Shown piece by piece: positions 1 through 6,602 of a stretch of 38,985 nucleotides of DNA. The position numbers and the translations under genes are program-made. The stretch is from contig CAYJTW010000003.1 in assembly GCA_964373225.1 (NCBI GenBank), positions 1 through 38,985 of the forward strand. Direction: 5' to 3'. This stretch comes from an uncultured Candidatus Peribacteria bacterium (GTDB taxonomy: Bacteria; Patescibacteriota; Gracilibacteria; Peribacterales; Peribacteraceae). Numbering within the stretch: the stretch's first letter is position 1; each line of letters begins with the position of its first letter. A model generated the notes under the pieces. The model saw only the letters and a program-made list of their open reading frames with translations. It was not told the DNA's origin and ran no database searches.

Positions 1-2
1 CC

Positions 3-3000
3 GCAAACTGCGACGTGAAGAGTTCGGTCACCGGTGTGCTCTCCTGCGGGACGGATGCGGGAACCACCTATGGCTTCGGCCAAGGACTCTCGATTAGCAG
101 CAGCATCGTCACGCTGAATTCGACGATCACGGGATCGCTCGTCCGCTTCACCACGCTCTCCGGTTCTACCGTCCGCGCCCGTGACTACCTCTCCTCCTCC
201 GGCGTCCTCGTCCTCAAGAAGTACGCCGGTTCCTCTACGGGGAACATCCTCATCGTGGACACCAGCGGTCTCGTCTACGATGCCACCTACAAGCGGGTGG
301 GGATCAAGACGACGACTCCCAAAACCCAACTGGAAGTGCAGGGGACGATGTCGGGTAATGCCCTCTACGTCGCCCGCGCGTTCTCCGGCGCCGGACTCAC
401 CGGTTGTTGGGGCACCGCAAATAAGCTGGTGTGGAGCGGTTCCACATCGCGATTCGCCTGTGCCGCCGATCAGGGTGGCGGAGGCATAACTGTCAAAGTG
501 AAGACGGCGGATGAGACCGTGAATAACTCCTCGACATTGCAGGATGACGATCATCTCAGTTTCGCCATCGGCGCGAGTGAAAACTGGGCATACCTCATCG
601 ATTTTGTTCTCAACCAGGCGAGTGGCACCCCGGGATTCAAAGCGGCAGTGACTGCGCCGGCAAGCGCTGCATGCATAGCATCACTGTACCAGGCAGGTGG
701 AACTTCTACGACAACGTCCAGTACCTGCGGCGCCGATCTTGTCCACAGTATGCTATTCTCCGGAGATTTCACGGATCGTATTTACGGATCGGTCCGCAAC
801 AGTACCAATGCCGGCACTGTGCAATTCCAGTGGGCACAGAATCAGGCTAATGCCAGCGATACAAAGATTTACGCCGGCAGCTCGCTTCTGGCATTCAAGA
901 CCGTCGGCTCCGACCTTGCCGAAATCTACGCATCGCACGAACCCCTCATCCCGGGGACGGTCGTGACGCTCGATTCCACACTCCCTGCGGGAGTCCAGCG
1001 CAGCACTACTCCATACGATTCGCATCTCATGGGAGTCATTTCGACCAATCCGGGTCTTATGATGGGTGATATCCCATCCAAAGGTACCGTCGTCTTCCTT
1101 GCGCTCGCCGGGCGAGTGCCGGTCCTCGTCTCCACGGAGAACGGTTCGATCCAACCCGGTGATTACCTGACGTCGTCCTCACAGCCCGGCATCGCGATGC
1201 GCATGACGAAACCCGGTATGTCGATCGGACAGGCGATGGAAGGCTACAGTGAAACAGGGATCGGAGCGGTCATGACATTCATCAAGAATACCCACGTCGA
1301 CGGGTTTGATGAGACGGGTACGCTCCTCAGTGGCACGGGAGACATGCTCACCATACATGGGAATCTGACCGTCACCGGCGCGCTCCTTGTGCACGGCGGC
1401 GCACGCTTCGGTTCCGGCGTGACGATCGCATCGCGCGCGACATCATCCGGACAGAATCTCTTCATCGTGACGTCCAATGTCGGCGGTTCAGGAAACACGG
1501 TCTTCCGCGTGACGGCCGCCGGAGACGTGTCGGCCGATGGCGCCTTCACTGGCGGCGGGGCGGATTATGCGGAGTGGTTCACGACGACCGACACCAACCT
1601 CAAATTTGGCGAAGCGGTCTGCGTGGACATCACGCGTCCCAACAGCGTCAAGCGGTGCACGCGTTCGGGCGATCCCGATATCGTCGGTCTCGTCTCGAGC
1701 CGCGAGCAAGCGGCCTTCATCGGCAACAAATTCAGCGGCGCGGAAGATCTGCCGGTTCCCGGCACCGTTCTCGTTGGTCTCCTCGGGCAGCTCTCCGGCG
1801 ATATCGTCGTCGAATCCGATGCATCCAGCGCAAATTCTTCCTCGGGCTCGGGAATCATCCGCCCCGGCGATCCGCTCGCCGCCGGCACCATTCCCGGGAC
1901 GCTCCGGAAGGCGAACCTCGGCGAATCGACGGTCGGTGTTGCGCTCGAGGGACTCGAGGAGGGTCGTGCTATGCGCAAAGTCCTGATCTCGCGCAAGAAC
2001 CAGTCGCTGACGGTCGAAGCCGTCGAGCAGCACACGCTGGAATCCATCAAGGCGATGAAGATCGAGGATGAAGTGCAGTTGATGGTCCAGGACACGCTCA
2101 ACCGTTTGCAGGTGAGCCAGACCATCCGGGACGAAGTGGCGCGGCAGATGGTTGCCGTTGCGCCGCTCAGCGACCGCATTACCGCGCTCGAAGAGAAGAT
2201 CGCAGCCATGTCCGGAGCGTTAAAGGCACCGGAGAGCGAAAAGGGTCAAGAGGACGAGAATTCCATCACCGCGAAAGACGGTCGCTTCACCGGTGATCTC
2301 TACGTGGACGGTATCTTCCACATGCGAGATCTCTTCGTGCCCAACGGCATGCATATCGATGGTGCCCTGCAGACGGGATCCCTCAACGTGCAATCCGATG
2401 CGACGTTCAACGGAGCGCTCACACTCAACGGAACGCTCAACGTCACGAACGGAATCACCTTTGGCTCCGGCTCGATCCTTGAGGCCCACAGTTTGATCGT
2501 CCGCCATGCGCTCAAAGTCCTGGGCTCCATCACCATCGACGGCCTCGCGCAGTTCCTCGGCGACGTCGAGATCGCGGGGCAGTTGACACTCAGTAACCGC
2601 CAGGCGGGGTTCGCCGATATTCCTGCGCGCGGGACGGGCATCACTGTGTACTTCGATCGGCCGCTCACGCGTTTGCCGGTCATCACGGTCACTCCGGTCA
2701 GTCGGATCGGTGTGGAATGGTGGACCGAGCCGGCGACGATGACAGGCTTCCGAATCACGGTTGCCGAACCGCTCGTTGGGCCGGTGCGCTTCGGCTGGAC
2801 GGCCATCGCCGTGGACGGCGCTCACGCCGCTGCGGATACATCACTCAAGATTCCGTTCCTCCCCGTTGATGACGCCTCGTCTTCATCTGGATCGCTGGCC
2901 CTGAGCCCCTCGACCATGCTCGGGATAAACTCCACCGAAGGGTCCGTGTCCTCAGATTCATCGTCGCAGCCAACTATAGCGCCTTCGTCCGATTCATCCT

Positions 3001-3449
3001 CCAGCGCACCCATAACGTTGATACCGTTCCCGGTAGATTCCACAGACGTTCCGATCAGTACGAACGATGCATGGAACGGGTGCATCCGCGGCAATGTCCT
3101 GATCCGCGGCGACGGTCAGCCGGTCAACTGCTGGCGCTACCGCGATGGCTACGTGTGGGAGCATCCGGATCTTCCTATTTCGTTCACATACAACACGTCC
3201 GTCTCTCCCGCTATTCTGATCATTCCTGATGGATATGTGATCACGAAAGAGGGGACCGACGTGCCTCCTTCGTCTTCCAGTGCGTCATCGGAAAGTTCGT
3301 CGTCAGAGTCCGCAGAAAGTTCCGCATCGAGCGTGAGCAGTGAATCCAGTGCAGCATCGGCGAGTTCTTCCCGTGAAAGCAACGAAGCCCCCCCTCCGCC
3401 ACCGGCGCCGGATCCGGTCCCTCCAGCCCCCCCGGCAGATGGTCAATAA
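3..3449 (+). CDS. Giant extracellular tail-fibre-like / adhesin-like protein (5' partial, continues upstream of the window)
   Basis: The frame is open from base 3, with no stop before the GTG at 15. Motifs seen: VGIKTTTPKTQLEVQG (tail-fibre type); two modules starting GSDLAEIY (aa ~298) and GGADYAEWF (aa ~515), each followed by ...PGD.L......PG......G.A.EG. From memory these resemble the peptidase G2 / intramolecular-chaperone autoproteolytic domain of phage appendage proteins. Also a heptad coiled coil (aa ~665-735), G/N/T-rich beta-helix-like repeats, and Ser-rich and Pro-rich (PPPPPAPDPVPPAPP) C-terminal tracts. Confidence 0.8.
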   Translation, partial: ANCDVKSSVTGVLSCGTDAGTTYGFGQGLSISSSIVTLNSTITGSLVRFTTLSGSTVRARDYLSSSGVLVLKKYAGSSTGNILIVDTSGLVYDATYKRVGIKTTTPKTQLEVQGTMSGNALYVARAFSGAGLTGCWGTANKLVWSGSTSRFACAADQGGGGITVKVKTADETVNNSSTLQDDDHLSFAIGASENWAYLIDFVLNQASGTPGFKAAVTAPASAACIASLYQAGGTSTTTSSTCGADLVHSMLFSGDFTDRIYGSVRNSTNAGTVQFQWAQNQANASDTKIYAGSSLLAFKTVGSDLAEIYASHEPLIPGTVVTLDSTLPAGVQRSTTPYDSHLMGVISTNPGLMMGDIPSKGTVVFLALAGRVPVLVSTENGSIQPGDYLTSSSQPGIAMRMTKPGMSIGQAMEGYSETGIGAVMTFIKNTHVDGFDETGTLLSGTGDMLTIHGNLTVTGALLVHGGARFGSGVTIASRATSSGQNLFIVTSNVGGSGNTVFRVTAAGDVSADGAFTGGGADYAEWFTTTDTNLKFGEAVCVDITRPNSVKRCTRSGDPDIVGLVSSREQAAFIGNKFSGAEDLPVPGTVLVGLLGQLSGDIVVESDASSANSSSGSGIIRPGDPLAAGTIPGTLRKANLGESTVGVALEGLEEGRAMRKVLISRKNQSLTVEAVEQHTLESIKAMKIEDEVQLMVQDTLNRLQVSQTIRDEVARQMVAVAPLSDRITALEEKIAAMSGALKAPESEKGQEDENSITAKDGRFTGDLYVDGIFHMRDLFVPNGMHIDGALQTGSLNVQSDATFNGALTLNGTLNVTNGITFGSGSILEAHSLIVRHALKVLGSITIDGLAQFLGDVEIAGQLTLSNRQAGFADIPARGTGITVYFDRPLTRLPVITVTPVSRIGVEWWTEPATMTGFRITVAEPLVGPVRFGWTAIAVDGAHAAADTSLKIPFLPVDDASSSSGSLALSPSTMLGINSTEGSVSSDSSSQPTIAPSSDSSSSAPITLIPFPVDSTDVPISTNDAWNGCIRGNVLIRGDGQPVNCWRYRDGYVWEHPDLPISFTYNTSVSPAILIIPDGYVITKEGTDVPPSSSSASSESSSSESAESSASSVSSESSAASASSSRESNEAPPPPPAPDPVPPAPPADGQ

Positions 3450-3454
3450 GCGGA

Positions 3455-3478
3455 ATGTTCCACGACCCCGTGGAACAT
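3455..3478 (+). terminator. Candidate terminator hairpin after the surface-protein gene
   Basis: Perfect 9-bp inverted repeat ATGTTCCAC / GTGGAACAT with a 6-nt loop, beginning 6 nt after the TAA stop (3447-3449). The downstream sequence contains Ts but is not a canonical U-tract. Confidence 0.35.
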
Positions 3479-3575
3479 CCGTTCATGTTTATACGAAGCC
3501 AAAGTTTTGATGTCGCGACAACAATCTTTCCTGTGCCTCTTGCCATGCTTTTGAGAGCAGGAATAGGCTGCTGCC

Positions 3576-3857
3576 ATGTCTGCAAAAAAGGGAATCACGC
3601 TTTGGGATGTCTTGGCTCATATTCGGGGCCTCAGCGTTCGTTTCGACGCCGTGGACAAGCGTTTCGATGGCTTGGGCACGCGTATCGACGGGATTGATGG
3701 TCGATTGGATCGTATGGAAGGTAAGATAGATGGTATAGATCAGCGTGTGCGCCGTATCGAAGACGTTCTGCAGCCCTCATTCACTCGTCTTCAAATTACG
3801 GTTCGTGATCACGGTAGTCGCATCCGCAAAATTGAACGGAAGTTGGTCCTCGCATGA
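3576..3857 (+). CDS. Small coiled-coil protein with heptad xxxR(F/I/L)DG repeats, function unknown
   Basis: 93-aa ORF. VDKRFDG LGTRIDG IDGRLDR MEGKIDG IDQRVRR shows strict 7-residue periodicity. It lies directly downstream of the giant surface-protein gene on the same strand. Confidence 0.55.
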   Translation: MSAKKGITLWDVLAHIRGLSVRFDAVDKRFDGLGTRIDGIDGRLDRMEGKIDGIDQRVRRIEDVLQPSFTRLQITVRDHGSRIRKIERKLVLA

Positions 3858-3863
3858 CACAAA

Positions 3864-4283
3864 TCAATAGTCAAACAGTTCGTCTTCCGAGAAAAACCGG
3901 TGCACTTCTTTTTCGGCGGTTTCGGGACTGTCACTGGCATGCGCGACGTTGACCATCTGGTCCACGCCGAACTGTGCGCGCAGCGTCCCGGGTGCGGCCT
4001 TGCGGCTGTCGGTGACGCCGAGCATATCGCGCATTTTTGCCACGATGTCTTTGCCTTCCAGCACGAGCGCGATCACCGGGATCGCACTCATGAACTTTTC
4101 GACCTCGTGGTAAAAAGGTTTGTCGGCGATGTGTGCGTAGTGCTCACGCAGCAGTTCCGGGTGCAGGCGGATCATTTTGCAGCCGCGGATGCGGAAACCG
4201 GCGCTCTCGAACCGCGCGATGACTTTTCCCGTAAACCCTTTGTCGACGGCGTCGGGCTTGAGGAGGATGAGGGTGCGTTGCAT
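3864..4283 (-). CDS. ndk: Nucleoside diphosphate kinase
   Basis: 139 aa. RTLILLKPDAV, GTLRAQFG and NVAHASDS (catalytic His) are classic NDK motifs over the full length. Confidence 0.95.
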   Translation of the reverse strand: MQRTLILLKPDAVDKGFTGKVIARFESAGFRIRGCKMIRLHPELLREHYAHIADKPFYHEVEKFMSAIPVIALVLEGKDIVAKMRDMLGVTDSRKAAPGTLRAQFGVDQMVNVAHASDSPETAEKEVHRFFSEDELFDY

Positions 4284-4305
4284 GGCGTGAGTGTATCATA
4301 ATCGC

Positions 4306-5067
4306 ATGAAGGGAGTACTCATCTGTGGTGGCTCCGGAACAAGACTTCGTCCACTGACGGAGATCACCAATAAAAGTCTGCTTCCGGTCTATGACCGGCC
4401 GCTGATCGAATATCCGCTCGGCAAACTCGTCGATGCGGGCATCACCGATATCGTTGTGATTTCCGGCAACGAGCACATCGACCAGATGGCGTCGTATCTG
4501 GGGAGCGGCGGACGGTTTGGATGCAAGTTCACGTACAGAGTGCAGGACAAGCCCCAGGGAATCGCGCAGGCACTCGGTATGGCGGAGGAATTCGCCGAAG
4601 GCCACAGCGTCTGCGCGATTCTCGGCGACAATATCTATTTCGACGATCTCTCGCCCGCGATCACATCGTTCAAGAAAGGGGGCCACGTGTTCCTCAAAGA
4701 GGTTCCCGATGCGGAGAGATTTGGAGTAGCGTCCCTCGCTACGCCCCGCACCCTTCTGCGGAAAGGTGCGAGGGCTACTCGGGATGACAATCGCGTTCAG
4801 GTTGAATCAATTGAAGAGAAACCCAAGAAGCCCAAGAGCAATTTCGCCGTCACGGGATGCTACGTCTACGATCACCGGTGCTTCGAGATCATCAGGAATC
4901 TGAAGCCCTCCGCGCGCGGGGAGTTCGAAATCACCGATGTCAGCCGCTGGTATCTGGAGCACGGCGAACTGACCGCGAGCGTGCTCAAAGACGAATGGAT
5001 TGATGCGGGGACGTTCGAGAGTCTCTTCAAAGCCGCGCAGTTGGTGCGGGAAAAGAAATCAGTATAA
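4306..5067 (+). CDS. Sugar-1-phosphate nucleotidyltransferase, short RmlA-like (glucose-1-phosphate thymidylyltransferase family)
   Basis: MKGVLICGGSGTRLRPLT (G-x-G-T-R-L signature), LGDNI, EEKPKKPKSNFAVTGCYVY. The ATG at 4306 is preferred over the GTG at 4291. Sugar and nucleotide specificity are inferred only from the neighbouring dTDP-sugar genes. Confidence 0.85.
   Translation: MKGVLICGGSGTRLRPLTEITNKSLLPVYDRPLIEYPLGKLVDAGITDIVVISGNEHIDQMASYLGSGGRFGCKFTYRVQDKPQGIAQALGMAEEFAEGHSVCAILGDNIYFDDLSPAITSFKKGGHVFLKEVPDAERFGVASLATPRTLLRKGARATRDDNRVQVESIEEKPKKPKSNFAVTGCYVYDHRCFEIIRNLKPSARGEFEITDVSRWYLEHGELTASVLKDEWIDAGTFESLFKAAQLVREKKSV
4724..4780. repeat. 57-nt bulged palindrome lying in-frame inside the RmlA-like CDS
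   Basis: GAGTAGC-GTC-CCTCGC (4724-4739) pairs with GCGAGGGCTACTC (4768-4780), giving 13 bp with a 3-nt bulge. An inner CCGCA/TGCGG stem is also present. Translated as GVASLATPRTLLRKGARATRD. Confidence 0.7.
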
Positions 5068-6150
5068 CGCCGCATACCGCTCTGCAATCCCGTCCCAGTC
5101 AAATTTCCGCGCATGCTCCACCGCCGCATCGGCCAGTTGCGTGCGGAATTTTTCGTCTTCGAGAAACATCCCCAGCACTCCGGCGGTCAGTTCCGGATTA
5201 TCGGGTTCTGTCAGCAGTCCCGTGACGCCGTCATGGACGACTTCGGGGATTCCTCCAATCTCCGTGCCGAGCACCGCGCAGCCGGCCGCTTGTGCTTCGA
5301 TGAAGACATTGCCCAGCGCTTCGGACCGCGAGAGCGCGCAGAAGATTTCGGCTTCGGCGTATTCTTGATACACAGATTGTCCGGTAAGAGCTCCGCAGAA
5401 CGTCACATGGGGTACGTTTCCATATTTCCTGCGTAAGTCGCCAAAAAGAGATCCGCTTCCGACAATATGAAGGGTTGCTGACGGATGCTGGTCATGAACG
5501 GAAACAAATGCTGCCAAGAGAGTATCCACACCTTTCATCTTCTCCAATCTTCCGACGAAGAGAATTCTCCCGGGGACTTTCTTCACCTCGCCGCACACTT
5601 TCCGGATCTCATCGTATGGAATGCCGTTCGGGATCACGATCGCATCCCGTCGTCCGAGTTTTGCTGCCTGATCTGCCAGTACTTTGCTGATGGCGGTAAT
5701 CACGTCCGGCGTTCTCATGATGTGATGGCGCAAAAAGTTCCGGTTCGTCGTCTGCAGCGTCAAAATCTGCTTCGCGTGAGGAACGACCAGGGTGCACATG
5801 TGGAGCGCGGCCCCGGCGAAGGTTTCGAGCACGGCATGGAGCACATCAGGCTTAAGCTTCCGCGCCGCGAACGGCGCGAGGAAGGGGTAGAGCCATTTAT
5901 CGAACGGAATGCCGAAGCCGACACGGATCACCGGCACCCCCCGGCCCACCTCACCCCCCGGCCCCCTCTCCGTGCCGCACGGAGAGGGGGAGAGGACATC
6001 CCGACGTGGAAGATCTCCCCGTAATTTTGCGGTGATGATCGTGATATCGAAGCGATCGCAGAGTCTCAGCGCCACTTCTTCGGCACATGCCTCCGCGCCG
6101 CTGCGAAACGGCGTGAGGAAGGCCGAGAAGATGACGATGCGACGGTTCAA
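5059..6150 (-). CDS. Glycosyltransferase family 4 (GT-B, glycosyl transferases group 1)
   Basis: 363 aa. C-terminal domain motifs LFVGRLEKMKGVD, SRSEALGNVFIEAQAAGCAVLGTEIGGIPEVV...G. The only in-frame start is TTG at 6150. Confidence 0.9.
   Translation of the reverse strand: MNRRIVIFSAFLTPFRSGAEACAEEVALRLCDRFDITIITAKLRGDLPRRDVLSPSPCGTERGPGGEVGRGVPVIRVGFGIPFDKWLYPFLAPFAARKLKPDVLHAVLETFAGAALHMCTLVVPHAKQILTLQTTNRNFLRHHIMRTPDVITAISKVLADQAAKLGRRDAIVIPNGIPYDEIRKVCGEVKKVPGRILFVGRLEKMKGVDTLLAAFVSVHDQHPSATLHIVGSGSLFGDLRRKYGNVPHVTFCGALTGQSVYQEYAEAEIFCALSRSEALGNVFIEAQAAGCAVLGTEIGGIPEVVHDGVTGLLTEPDNPELTAGVLGMFLEDEKFRTQLADAAVEHARKFDWDGIAERYAALY
5935..5990. repeat. In-CDS direct repeats plus a perfect hairpin
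   Basis: CACCCCCCGGCCC occurs at 5935-5947 and 5952-5964. A perfect 13-bp stem CCCCCTCTCCGTG / CACGGAGAGGGGG with a 3-nt loop lies at 5962-5990. On the minus strand it is translated as ...SPSPCGTERGPGGEVGRGVP... inside the GT4. Confidence 0.8.
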
Positions 6151-6180
6151 TGGAGAATGCAGAACGAAGAATGGAGAATT
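6149..6180. repeat. Left 32-nt terminal inverted repeat of the four-helix-bundle cassette
   Basis: AATGGAGAATGCAGAACGAAGAATGGAGAATT. Built from four tandem heptamers (GGAGAAT GCAGAAC GAAGAAT GGAGAAT). By hand alignment, 27/32 identical to the reverse complement of 6571-6602. Confidence 0.8.
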
Positions 6181-6535
6181 ATAAGAGATTCTTTTTTGCT
6201 GTATTTATGCTGGCAACCAATAGGGAAATGATCTCATTCAGTTCAAGCAATAACGATTGCGCTTCTTTCACGAATATTGGAGTTGTATCTCGGATAAGAC
6301 GGAGCCAAAAATCTGATTCGTTACCTTCTTTCAAAGCGATAGAAAGCTTTGAAATAAAATCGGGTTTGCTTTGTGCATGAGCTGCTTCTGCAACATTTGC
6401 CCCAATGCTGGTGCCTGATTTCAGTAATTGCTTGCTCAGAATGTATTCTTTTTCCTTCTGCATTTTTCTACAGAAATGAACAATCTTTATACTGAATGCA
6501 TAGGACTTGTCCCGAAGAGGATTTGGCTTCGCCAT
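6179..6535 (-). CDS. Four-helix-bundle protein (23S rRNA intervening-sequence protein / DGR Avd-like family)
   Basis: 118 aa. SYAFSIKIV.FC......EY.LSKQLLKSGTSIGANVAEA......DFISKLSIALKE..ES.FWL.L is the typical signature of this family. Confidence 0.85.
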   Translation of the reverse strand: MAKPNPLRDKSYAFSIKIVHFCRKMQKEKEYILSKQLLKSGTSIGANVAEAAHAQSKPDFISKLSIALKEGNESDFWLRLIRDTTPIFVKEAQSLLLELNEIISLLVASINTAKKNLL

Positions 6536-6570
6536 AGCTTATTACTGTCGAATATTCCCTATCAAAAGTC

Positions 6571-6602
6571 AATTCTCCGTTCTTCATTCTCCGTTCTCCG
6601 TT
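6571..6602. repeat. Right 32-nt terminal inverted repeat of the four-helix-bundle cassette
   Basis: AATTCTCCGTTCTTCATTCTCCGTTCTCCGTT, with heptamer periodicity. It overlaps the last codons (..ITENGE) and the stop codon of the GT4 gene 6584..7729. Confidence 0.8.

Larger units (their letters stand above)
6149..6602. mobile_element. Candidate miniature cassette: AT-rich segment with 32-nt imperfect TIRs and one four-helix-bundle gene
   Basis: Sharp drop in G+C by eye between two GC-rich GT4 genes, inverted repeats at both ends, and single-gene cargo. No transposase is present and no target-site duplication was identified, so mobility is inferred only. Confidence 0.3.

Noticed and set aside
3864-4283. 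The NDK active-site motif reads HASDS instead of the usual HGSDS.
   Set aside because: The change is a conservative Gly-to-Ala next to the catalytic His, and all other motifs are intact. It is not evidence of loss of function.
6179-6535. A diversity-generating retroelement, suggested by the Avd-like four-helix-bundle gene.
   Set aside because: There is no reverse-transcriptase ORF in the window, and I could find no template/variable repeat pair with adenine-specific differences. The gene is treated as a stand-alone family member.
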